Shown: positions 1 to 11,000 of the stretch, piece after piece
Layout of the letters: every line of letters starts with the position of its first letter
Numbering within the stretch: position 1 is the stretch's first letter
NCBI GenBank assembly: GCA_014905635.1
Contig: JABVCE010000009.1
Span: forward strand, 992,001 to 1,056,000
DNA length: 64,000 bases
From: Scenedesmus sp. PABB004
Lineage: Eukaryota
Direction of reading: 5' to 3'
Program-made: the position numbers and the translations under genes
Notes under the pieces: model-generated
What the model saw: the letters and a program-made list of their open reading frames with translations, nothing else
What the model was told of the DNA's origin: nothing
The model's database searches: none

Positions 1-1673
1 GCGGCGCGGCGCCGCCGATGATGATGCGGCGCAACGCGCCGCCCAGGCCCGTGCCGTGCGCCTCGGCGTGCTGCAGCAGGCCCAGCAGCACCGTCGGCAC
101 CGCCGCGGTCAAGTCGACCTGCGCGGCGGCGGCGCGCGTTTGAGGCGGCGCCCCCTGCTGCGGGGGCTGGGCGCGGCGCGGCGGCGCCCGCGGTGTGTGT
201 GGGCGCGCGCCGCGCCGCACGCGGTGCGTGTTGATCAGCTGGTGAATGGCCGCGCCGTCGAGGGCGGGCCCCGGCAGCACCAGCCGCGCGCCGACCATGG
301 GCGCCGCAAAGCTCAGCCCCCAGCTGTTGGCGTGAAACATCGGCACGATCTGGGCGCATGTGTGCGCACGGCGCGCCGCGCGGGCGGCGCGTGGGCGGCG
401 CGCACTTTCGGGCGGCGCGAGCGGCCCACGCGGGGTGAAGCGCAGCGCCCGCGCGGGACGCGGCGGCCCGCCCCGCACGCGCGTCACCATGAGCATGGAG
501 CTGGTGGCGCTGAGCGCGAGCGCGTCCGGCTGGGTGACCACGAATGCGTGCAGGAAGTTGCTGCGGTGGCTGTAGCGCACGCCCTTGGGCCTGCCTGCGG
601 CGCGCGCGGGGCGGCGGCGACGACGCACGTGCACACAGGGGCGGCGTGCCCGCTCGGCGGTCCGTGTGCTCGTCGCGGCCAGCCACGCTGCCAGCGCGCG
701 CGGCTGGCCGCGCACCCGTGGTGCCGGAGGTGTAGCAGAGGCCGGCGGGCGCGTTCTCGTCGAGGCGCGGCCACGCAAACCCCGCCAGCGCGTGCGCCGC
801 GCCGTCGAGCAGCTCCTCATAGCAGAGCAGGCGGCGCGGCAGGCCCGGACCGCCCGGCGCGGGCATGTGCTGCCGGTCCGTCAGCAGCACGACCGCCTCG
901 AGGCGGGGCAGGCTGCCGGCGATGCGCGCCAGCACAGGCAGGAAGGTCACGTCTGCCAGGATGACCTGGCGGCGCGTGCGCGCGGCGCAGCAGGGGGCGG
1001 CGGCGCCCCGTCGGCCGGCGGAGGGGCCGCAGCACGAGCGAGCCCGCAAGGCACGGCGCGCAGGGCACGGCGCGCAGGGCACGGCGCGCACGGCGAGGCG
1101 AAGCGGCGCGCAATAGGCACGGCGGGGTGCCGGGGGCGGCGAGCCCCCGCGCGCGCGCCCCGGTGGCGGCGGCGCGGCCGCGCCTTGTCCTGGCCGTGGT
1201 CGGCGATGTACCTGATGTCCTCGTCGCTCAGCCGCGGGTTGAGCGTGTGGCAGACGGCGCCAATGCCCATGATGCCGTACCTGCACGCGCGCCGCCGCGG
1301 TGCGCGCCGCCGCTCAGCGCCCGCCGGTGTCGCGCCGGCCGGCACGCCGTGCCAGCGCGGCGCGGCGCGGCGCGGCGTGGCGCGTCGCGCACCAGGCCTC
1401 GAGGTGGCGCGTCGTGTTCCAGGCGAGCGTGCCGACGACATCGCCGTGGCGCACGCCCAGCGCGCGCAGCGCGAGCGCGGCCAGGCGCGCGCGGCGGCCG
1501 AGGTCGCCATAGTTGCTGATGACCGTGGGGCCCTCCACCGTGCGGCACACGATCTCCGTGCTGCTGTGCCAGCGCTCCGCGTACTCGAGCACGGCCGTCA
1601 CCACGAGCGGCCAGTCCTGCATGCGCCCGCCGTCGTCGTCGGCGTCCATGGCTGCTGTGGACGCCCGCCCCAT
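1..1673 (-). CDS. Medium/long-chain acyl-CoA ligase, bacterial AlkK/DmdB-like family; multi-exon, 3' end runs off the window
   Basis: Spliced translation: [93 protein letters not shown]..|IVPMFHANSWGL..|VDLTAAVPTV..IIIGGAAP. The AMP-binding motif YTSGTTGxPKG is present. Candidate ATGs at 1673 or 1649. Confidence 0.9.
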
Positions 1674-2089
1674 GGCAGCGCGCGCCGACGGCCGACGGCG
1701 ACGGCGGCAGCGCCTGGTAGCGACGGCGACGGCGCGGCGCGGCCGGCGGCCGGCGGCGACGGCGCGGCGCGCGGAGACGGCCGAGCAGCGCTTGGCGGCA
1801 GCCGCGGCCGGCCGTGCAACCGTGCGACCGCGACGATGAGTGGCACGCAACGCGCTGCGCGGCGTTGCGGCAGGCGGGCTGAGGAGCGCGGGGCGGCGCG
1901 GCAGCAGCAGCGTGCGCGGGTGCTGAGCTCCTCGAGCTGCGGAGCCCCGCAGCGGCGCGGCGGCTGCTACGGCGAGTGACAGCTGTGGCGGGCCGGACGC
2001 GCGGTCACACAGCGGGCGGCGGAGCCGCACGGGGCCCCGGCCCCGCGCAAAAGCGCCGCCGCGCCGCTCGCCGCGGCGCGCCCGCTGGC

Positions 2090-4996
2090 TCAATCGTCCG
2101 CGAGGACGAACTCCTCCTCCACCATCTCCTCGCACAGCTCCTCGCACGCGCCCTCCAGCTCGGCCGCGGCGGCCGCGAGCAGCTCGTCGAGCAGCAGGTC
2201 CGCCACCGCCTCGACGACAAACGTCGGCTGCAGCGCCCGCCGCGCGCGCGCCGCCGCCGCCGCCGGCGCGGCGCCGCCGCCGTCGCCGCCGCCGGGCTCG
2301 GGCGAGGCGCCCGCGCTGCCGCCGCCGCCGGCGCCGTCCAGCAGCTCGAGCGCGCCGTCGACGCGCGCCTGGTGGCGCAGGAAGCGGCGCCGCCCGGCCT
2401 TTATCGACTTGAGCGCGGCGCGGCTCAGCCACTCGCCCTCCGCCGGCGCCGGCGCCGGCGCCGCGCGGGCCGGGCTGGGCGGCGCGAGAAGCGCCGCCAC
2501 GCTGCTCGCCGCGCGGGCCACCGCCGGCTCCCACGGCCGCGGGCTCGCCGGCGGCGCAGCCCCCGCCCCGGGCGCCGCCCCGGGCGCCGGCGAGCCGGCG
2601 CCGTCGGCGTCGCCGCCGCCGCCGCCGCCGTCGCCGCGCTCGCCGCCGCCGCCGACGCTGCGCTCGCCGTCGCCGCCAAACCAGCGGCTGTGGATCTCCC
2701 GCTCGGCGGCCTCCATGCGGTCCAGGGCGCTCAGCAGCTGCGCCGCCTCCGCCGGGGGCGCTGCGCCGGGCGCGCGCGCGGCGCCCGCGCCCGCGGCCGG
2801 CGGCGGGCCGCCCTCGAGCTGCTGCTCCAGCCGCCCAAGCACCCCCAGGATGTGGGACGCCGTCTCCTCGAGCCGGCTGAACCTGCGGCGGCGGCGGTGT
2901 CGGGGGCGGCGGCGTGGGCGCAGCCAGGCGGCGAGTGGCGTAGCATCCACGCAGCGTCCGCCGTCGGCCACACCCCCATCGGCCCACCTGGCCTCGTCCT
3001 CGAGCGGCCGCTGCGCGTCAGCCCAGCCGGCCGGGCCGCGGGGCGCTGCGCCGCTCGCCCGGCCCGCGGCCCAGGGCTGCTGCTGCGCGCGGCGCGGCTG
3101 CGACCTCGCCCGCGGTCCGCCGCCGCCGCTCGCCCTGCCCTGGGCGCGGCCGGGCGCGGGCCTCACGCCGCCGGGCCTCGGCCGGCCCGGCCTGCTGACC
3201 CCTGCGCCCGCCGTGCCCGGCCGCGGTGCGCCTGCGGAGGGTGGCGGAGGGGGGTGTGAGGAGGTCAGCCTGTGGCCGGGGGCGCCGCCGGCGCCGCGCC
3301 CCTCGCGGCCAGCCGGGCGCCGCCCTCGCGCCCGGCGCCACCTGCAGCGCGGCGCGGCGCTGCAGCGGCCGCGATGTCCCAGGCCTCGGCCAGGCCGCTC
3401 CGCTTGCGCCGCATCAGGTGGGCCGGCGGCGGCACAAACGGCTCTGACTGCCACTCCGGCCGCGGCCGCTGCGGCACCGGCTCTCGCGCCTGCTGCTGCG
3501 GTTGCGGGCCAGCAGGCTTGGTCGGCGCCGCCGCCGCCACGGCCGCCACCTCCTGCTGCAGGCGCTGCCGCTGCCGCTGCTGCGTGCGCTCCAGCAGCAC
3601 CTGCCGCGCGCTGCCGCCGCGCGGCTGCGGGCTGGTCTGCTCCCAGCCGGGGGCGTCCAGCGTCGGCGGCGGCGCGTTCTCGTCCTGGCTGCCGCGACGC
3701 GCCGCGCCCGGTCGCGGCGGCGCACCGCCGCTGCTGCTCCCCGCGCCCACCAGCGCCGCCTGCAGGTCCGCCAGCGCCGCCTCCTGCTGCTGCGGCTGCC
3801 CGCCCAGCAGCGCCTGGAGCAGGCCCGCCGCGGCCGCCTGCTGCGGCGCGCCGCCGCCAGCGCCGCCGCCAGCGAGCAGATGCCGCAGCGCCGCCTTGAT
3901 CCGGGCACGCCTGTCGGCGGCCTGCTCCTGCGGGGGCGCCCGCGGCTGCGCCGGCTGCTGCTTCTTTCGCGGCGTGCCGGCGCCGGCGATGCGAATGAAC
4001 TCGGGCGGCGCCGGCCCTGGGCGGACAGCGACGGCGGCGGCGGCGGCGGCACAGCGTGAGCGCCGGCGGCGCCGCGGCCGACCCAGCGGCGCCCGCCCGC
4101 CCCCCGTCTCGCCCAAGCCCCACCTGGCGCCTGGCTGCCGCCGCCCGCGCCCGCAGCCGCGGGCGTCAGCGCCGCGCGGACCAGCCAGGAGCTCTGCACA
4201 GCATCGGGCAGCTGCTGCAGCGGCGCCGCGTCGGGGCGCGGAGGCGCGGCGCCCGCGCCGCTCAGCAGGCCCTGCGCGGGGCGCGGCGCGTGAGCGGGCC
4301 GGCGTCGACGCGCGGCCCCGCGCGCGCTCGGCTGGCGGGCGCGCGCACCTCGTGCCGCTGCAGCTGCGCGTTGGCCTGCTGCACCGCCTCCTGCAGCAGC
4401 TCGTTCTGCGCCACCACCCGCTGCGTCAGCGCCATGACCTGCTGCAGCTGCGCCTGCTCCGCCGGCGGCGCGCCGAGCGCGGGCGGCGGGGGCGGCGGGG
4501 GCCGCAGCCCCAGCGCCAGCTGCGCACGCGCGTCGGCCGTCGACGCCGCGAGGCGGCGCGGCCGCTCCGACGCGGCCTGACGCGCCGGCACCGCTTGCCC
4601 CGAGTCGCGCAGCGCGCCCTGCAGCCGCGCCGCCGCCACCCACTGCGGCTGCCGCGGCTGCGGCTGCCGCGGCGGCGGTGGCGGCGACGCGGGCCCGCGC
4701 GCGGGCGCCTCGGCAGGCGGCGGGGTCTGCCCTTGCGCGCCCGTCTGCGTGCTGGCGGCGGCCCGAAGACGACGGATGATCCACTGGTCGTAGTCAACGT
4801 CGGCTGCGGGACGCGGCGGCGCCGGAGCGGCGGTTGGCGCCGCCGCTGCTCGCCGCGCGGCCGCGCGGGCGCATCCGCTGCCCGCACCGGCGCTGGACTT
4901 CAGGAGCTCGTACTCCCTGCTCAGCGCGGCGAGCAGGGGCTTGTTGGCGATCAGGGAGGGCAGCGATAGCGCCTCGCTGCCCGGCGCGGTCGCCAT
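2090..4996 (-). CDS. Low-complexity/coiled-coil protein with a Moonraker (KIAA0753/OFIP)-like C-terminus; multi-exon
   Basis: ATG 4996 (MATAPGSEALSLPSLIANKPLL). Last exon reads ..ALDRMEAAEREIHSRW..ALKSIKAGRRRFLRHQ..FVVEAVADLLLDELLAAAAAELEGACEELCEEMVEEEF*, resembling the KIAA0753 C-terminal pattern as I recall it. Internal exon boundaries are less certain. Confidence 0.6.
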
Positions 4997-5296
4997 CTTT
5001 TCGCCCGCGCCGCCGCCGGCCACGTAGCGTCCACCGCGGCGTTGCTGTGACGCTGCTGACAGCGCAGCCGCAGACGCCACGACCGAAGGTGGGTTCAAAA
5101 ACACATGCCGGCTGAAGCGCGTTCACAACGGCGGCGTCGTGACGACGCCTGTCCCGCCGCGCCGCGCCTCGGCGCCACAAACACCGATTTTCATGCGCAG
5201 CTGCTGCCAGCCGCACTCCCGTTCCTGACTGACCGCCAGCGGCGGCGCCGGCGCCCCCCGCGCGAGCGGCGGGAGCAGCGGCTTGCGCCCCCCTGG

Positions 5297-6012
5297 ATGG
5301 ACTGCGCCATCTGTTTGCGCAGCCCCATCGACCTGGCCGACGAGGCCTTCCTGCTGCCCTGCTGGCACCGGTTTTGCTGGTCCTGCGCGGCCGCGTGGAC
5401 CGATACGCAGGCGGCGCACCCTCCTGGCTCCCCGAGCTCTTCACGGGGCGGCGGGGATTGCTTCACGTGCCCGCTGTGCAAGCAGCCGTACACCCAGATC
5501 GTCTACGACTGCGTGGGCGCGTCCTTCCAGGTCCGCGCCGTCGGCGGCGCCGGCAGCGCGGCGGCGCCGGGCGTGGTGCTGACCGCCGCGCAGCGCCGGC
5601 GGCGCGCGCTGTACGCGATCGGCCCCGAGCTTCTACTGCAGCCGCACGACCAGGCGAGCAACCGCGAGGCGGCGCCCGCGGGCCAGGTGGGTTGGGGCGG
5701 CGTTCGAGCGGCGAGCCGACAGCTGGGCGGCGGCGAGCCCCCTCGGCTGCCGCCCGCGCCCCCGATCGCGCCGCCCGCCCGCGCGCAGGCGCGGCCGCCC
5801 CGCGCGCGCGGCCCGTCGCACCACCAGACCGCCGAGTGGGTGGGGCGCGAGCTGCAGGCTGTGCTGCTGGAGAGCGATGTGTCGCTCATCACGCAGCACG
5901 TGCTCGGCCAGCTGCAGGGCCTCGCGGCGCGCCAGGCGCCCGGCAGGTGGGCGCGGCGGCGCCGAGCGCGGCGGCGGCTGCGCGCGCCGTGCAGCCCGTC
6001 ACCCGCCGCCGC

Positions 6013-6063
<51 letters not shown>

Positions 6064-6369
6064 TGCCGCCGCTGCCGCCCGCCGCCCGCTGCCAGCGCGC
6101 TCTACGGCAGCCGCGAGGGCTTTGTCGCCGCGCTGTCGGCGGCGCTGGCGGGCTTCCTCAGCGAGGCCGCGCCGCGGTTTGCGGCCGAGCTGCACGCCTT
6201 CCTGCACAGCGGGCTGTCCGTCGCCGCGCACGACCGCGCGGTGTTTGGCGAAAGCGGCGCCGCGCGCGGCGGCGCGGGGCCAGGGGCGGAGCAGCAGGAG
6301 CAGCACCCGGAGACGCAGGAAGCGTGGGCGGGCGCGGACGACGAGGGCTGGGGCCTGGACCGCGAGTGA
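5297..6369 (+). CDS. TOPORS-like C3HC4 RING E3 ubiquitin ligase (exons 5297-5686, 5789-5946, 6096-6369)
   Basis: CAIC..LPCWHRFCWSC..CPLCK RING. Downstream WVGRELQAVL..LITQHV and FLSEAAPRFAAELHAFLHSGLSVAAHD are typical of TOPORS-like proteins. GT-AG introns keep the frame. Confidence 0.8.
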
Positions 6370-6531
6370 GGGAGGCGGTCGTGCGCGCCCGCTTGTGACG
6401 GCCGCGCCGGTCTCGTGCCCCCCGCTGACAGCCTCCCCAACCTCACGGCGCAGCGGCGCGGGCGCCCCGCGGACGGTGGTGCGTCGCGGCGCGCAGCGCG
6501 CGTCGCGCCTCGGCGCCGCGCGGCGCGTCGG

Positions 6532-6858
6532 GGGGCGGCAGGGATTGCTTCACGTGCCCGCTGTGCAAGCAGCCGTACACCCAGATCGTCTACGACTGCG
6601 TGGGCGCGTCCTTCCAGGTCCGCGCCGTCGGCGGCGCCGGCAGCGCGGCGGCGCCGGGCGTGGTGCTGACCGCCGCGCAGCGCCGGCGGCGCGCGCTGTA
6701 CGCGATCGGCCCCGAGCTTCTACTGCAGCCGCACGACCAGGCGAGCAACCGCGAGGCGGCGCCCGCGGGCCAGGTGGGTTGGGGCGGCGTTCGAGCAGCG
6801 AGCCGACAGCTGGGCAGCGGCGAGCCCCCTCGGCTGCCGCCCGCGCCCCCGATCGCGC
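6532..6858 (+). repeat. Direct partial duplicate of 5445-5771 (3' half of RING exon 1 plus most of intron 1); gene fragment
   Basis: About 327 bp at offset 1087, identical except G->A at 6540, 6797 and 6816. Lacks the start codon and the first RING cysteines. Confidence 0.95.
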
Positions 6859-7154
6859 GGCCCGGCCCCGCGGCGCCCAGTCGCCGCGTCCGTCACCGTT
6901 GCCTGCCCCCAGCCGCGCTCGCCCCACGCGCCGGCGGTTGGCCCCCGCCCCCGCGCGCCCCGCCCGCCCCAGCGCCGGCGTGGCCCGCGACCTGCGCCCC
7001 ATCACCGCACGCCGTCGCCCCGATGCACTGAGCGGCTCGCCGGGCACGCTGCTGGCCGGAGGTTGCTCTGCTGCTCGCGCATCCAGAGGCCGGCGCTCCC
7101 GGGGATGGCAGAGCGCCCGCCCAGGCGCGCCGCCACCGCTCGCTGAGCCCGCCT

Positions 7155-8021
7155 ATGGACCCGACGGCAGACGCCCCCAAATGGCAGCGTGCCCTGCGCC
7201 CCGTGTCCAGCAACAGCAGCCAACCCACTGACCCGACCGCGACCGCCAAGACCAAGCCCAAGGCGCCCCCCGGCTCGCCCGCATCCAGCGCCAAGGGGAA
7301 GGAGAACGCCTCCGGCAAGCGCCTGAGCGTGGGCAAGACCAGCGGCACGCCCATCCGCAAGCCGCGCACGAGCGGCGTGCTCACGCGCTCCGCGTGCAAG
7401 CCCGCGCCGCCGGCGGCGCCCGCGGCGCCCGCGGCGGGCCGGCCCAGCACCGGCGGCCGGCCCAGCACCGGCGGCAGCGGCCACAAGGCGCCGCGGCAGC
7501 AGGCGCCGGCGCGCGCGTTCGGCCGCGCGACCACCGCGACACAGCCGCGCAGCGCGGAGCGCGCGGCAGCGGCGGCGGCGGCAGCCAGCGCGCCAGCGGC
7601 GGCCGCGCGGCCGGCCGGCGCGCGCTCCACGCGCGCGTCCGCCGCGCGCTGCGGGCGCAGCATCCTCACGGCCGCGCCCGCGGCGGCCGAGGACGAGCCG
7701 GGCGCGCCGGCGGCGGCGGCGGCGGCTGCGGCCGAGCCGCAGCAGCCCGCGTCGGGGCGGCCGGCCCGCGACTCGGAGCGCTCGCGGCGCCGCGTGTCGG
7801 GCCAGCTCGGCATGGACAAGCTTCAGAGCGAGTATGAGGCGCTGCAGCACAAGCTCGCGCTGCTCAAGCGCGACACGAACCGGGACGGCGGCCGGCTGCA
7901 GGCCGCGACGCCGCTGTCCGCCGCGCCGCCGCGCAAGGCCGAGCCGGCGGCGCCCGGCAGCGTCGCGGGCGCGAGCGCGCCGGCGCCCGCCGCGGCGCCG
8001 GACAGCATCCTCGCGCCGCGC

Positions 8022-8052
<31 letters not shown>

Positions 8053-11000
8053 ACACGACGTCGCTGGGGCTGGGCCTCGCGGCGGCGCTCGCAAGCTGCG
8101 AGAACCAGCTGCACTGCAGCGACCCCGAGGCTGCGGGCGTGGTTGCGGGGCTGCAGTTTGGCGGCAAGCACCCCGGCAGCGCGCTCGGCGCGCTCGCGGC
8201 GGCCAGCTTCAGCGAGCCTGAGTTCCTCGCCGCCTGCGAGGCGGCGCTGAGCGCGCAGCTGCAGCGCACCAAGGACGGCGCGACCGCGCAGAGCCGCATC
8301 TCCGAGCTCGCGGGTGCGCGCGAGCGCCGCCGCGCCGCGCCGGCGCGCGGTCCGCCGCCGCTCACCCGCCGCCGCCGCCGCCGCAGGGCTGGTCAAGGCG
8401 CTGCGCCGCTGCGTGCGCGACCTGGGCGCCAAGGCGGCGGGCTACGTGGAGGGCGCGGTCAAGGCGGAGAAGGGCATGGCCCAGGAGGTGCGCCTGCGCC
8501 GACGGCGGCGGTGGCGGGCTGTCGAGTGCGCCAGCCAGCCGGCGTGCAGGGCGCGGCAGCGGCGTGGCCGCCGACTCGCCGCCGCTGCCGCCCCGCCGCG
8601 CGCCGCCGCAGCTGGAGAAGGTGCGCCTGGACGCGGAGGCCTCGCTGAAGCGCCTCGAGGCGGAGGCGGCGCTCGCGCGCGCCGCGGCGGCGCAGGCCGA
8701 GGCGACGTACAAGAGCGAGCGCGCGGCGTGGGTGACCGGCCTCGACGCGCAAAAGTTCGAGGTGCGCCCCGCGGGACCGGGCCCGCGGCGCGTCGCGCGG
8801 GCCAGGGGCCCGCGGCCGCCCACGTGCGCCGCCGCCGCGACCGCGACACTGCGCGCCGCGCGCAGGTGTCGCGCCTGCAGCGCGAGGTGGAGGGGCTCGA
8901 GGAGCAGCGCGCGCGCGCACGCGAGGACGCAAAGCGCTCCGAGCAGGCCCGGCACCAGCTGGAGGCTGAGATCAAGGTGGGCTGCACAGCGGCCGGGCGC
9001 CGCGGCGGCGGCTGCGCCGCGCTCGCGGTCGGCCGCGGCGGGCAGCCGCCGAGCGCGCGCCGCGGCGCCGCCGCAGGAGCTGCGCAAGGCCTCGGGGCAG
9101 CAGCTGCGCGAGGTGCAGATGACGCAGGGCGAGGCGGTGAAGCAGCTGCGCGACGAGCGGCAGCAGGCGGAGCGCAAGGAGGCGCAGCTGCGGGTGCGCG
9201 CCGCGCCGCGCCGCGCCGCGCGCCGCCGTGCGCCGGGGTGGCGCCGGGGGGCCTGACCCATCGCACGTGCGTGCGTGCGCGCGCGCGCGCGTCCGCAGGC
9301 CGACAATGAGCAGCTGGAGGCGAGCCTGGCGGCCGCGACGGCGCAGCTGTCCAAGGTGCAGGCGCAGCTGTCGGCCATGAGCGAGCTGCAGGACGGGCTG
9401 CAGGCGAGCCTGGAGGGCAAGCAGTCGGCCGAGGCGGCGCTCGTGGGCCAGCTCAGCGCGGCGCGCGGCGAGCTGGAGGCGTGCGAGGCCGCGCTCGCGG
9501 CCGCCAACGCGGAGCGCGCGGCGCTCGCCGCCGAGCTGGGGGCCAAGTCGGACAAGCTGATGCTGCTCGAGGGCGAGCTGAAGCTGAAGGCCAGCCGCCT
9601 CGACGCGGCGCAGCAGCAGCTCGCCGCGGAGGGCGACGAGCACGCGGCGGCGGCGGCGCTGCTGCAGAAGCAGCTGGAGCAGCTCAAGGTGTGTGTGTGG
9701 GGGGGGGGGCTTCGGGGCCGGGCGCTGCTGCTGCTGCCGCCGCTGCTCTCGCTCTGCTGCACTCTCCGCTGCTGCGGGCGCTGACGCCCCCCCCCTTCCA
9801 CCCCACCCAGGCTGACAAGGAGGAGGCGCGCAGCCAGCTCGCGGCGGCGACCGCGGAGCTCGAGGCGACCGCGCAGCAGCTCGCGGCGGCGACGGGCGCG
9901 CGCAGCGCGGCTGAGGCGACGCACGCGGAGCTGCAGCAGCTGCACGACGCGCTCGCGGCAGAGCACGGCACGGCGCGCGCCAAGCTGCAGGAGCTGCAGG
10001 CGGCGGCCGAGGCGGGTGCCGCGCAGGCGGCCGAGCTCTCGGCCGCGCTCGAGGCGGCGCAGGGCGCGCTCGCCGAGGCGACGGCGCGCGGCGCGCAGCA
10101 GGCGTCGCGCCTGGCGCACCTGGAGAGCGAGTTTGAGGCGCTGCAGGAGGTCATGGGCGAGGGCGAGCAGCGCGACATCGTCGGCCGCTTGCTGAGCCGC
10201 ATCTCCAACCTGCAGGCCGCCGCCGCTGCGGCCGAGGCCACGCGGCGCGCGCTGCACAACCAGATGGTCGAGCTGCGCGGCAACGTGCGCCGCGGCGCGC
10301 GGGCCTCGGCGCGCGCGCCGCGCCCGGCTGCGGCGGGCGCCGACCGCCCACCCGCCTGACCGCCCGCCTGGCCGCCGTCCCGCTCGCCCCTCCCCCCGCG
10401 CAGATCCGCGTCTTCTGCCGCGTGCGGCCGCACCCGCAGAGCGCGGTGCGCTGCCTCGCGGGCGGCACGTCGCTCGCGCTGTCGCTGGACGGCAAGGAGC
10501 ACAACTTCGCCTTCGACAAGGTCTTTGCGCCCGGCACCAGCCAGCAGCAGGTGCGCCGCCGCGGCCGCCGCGGCCGCCGCGGCCGCTCCCCTGCCGGCGC
10601 CGTGCGCGCGCCGCGCCGCGCCGTGCGCGCTGAGCCGCGCGTGCGCGTGCACATGCACCGCGTGCGCAGGTGTTTGACAGCGTGAGCGAGCTGGTGCAGA
10701 GCGCGCTGGACGGCTACCACGTCTGCCTCTTCTCATACGGCCAGACGGGCGCGGGCAAGACGCACACGATGAGCGGCGGCGCCGCGCCGGAGCAGCAGGG
10801 CATCATGCCGCGCGCCGTCAACCAGGTGCGGCCGCGCGGCGCGGCGCGGCGCGGCGCGGCGCCCGCCGGCGCGCCCCGTCGCTCACCCTGCTTCTCTTCC
10901 TCTCTTGCCCGCGCGCGTGCGCGTGCGCCGCGCGCAGATCCTGGAGCGCGTCGCGGCGCTGACGGAGCAGGAGTGGGAGTACACGCTGACCGCGAGCTGC

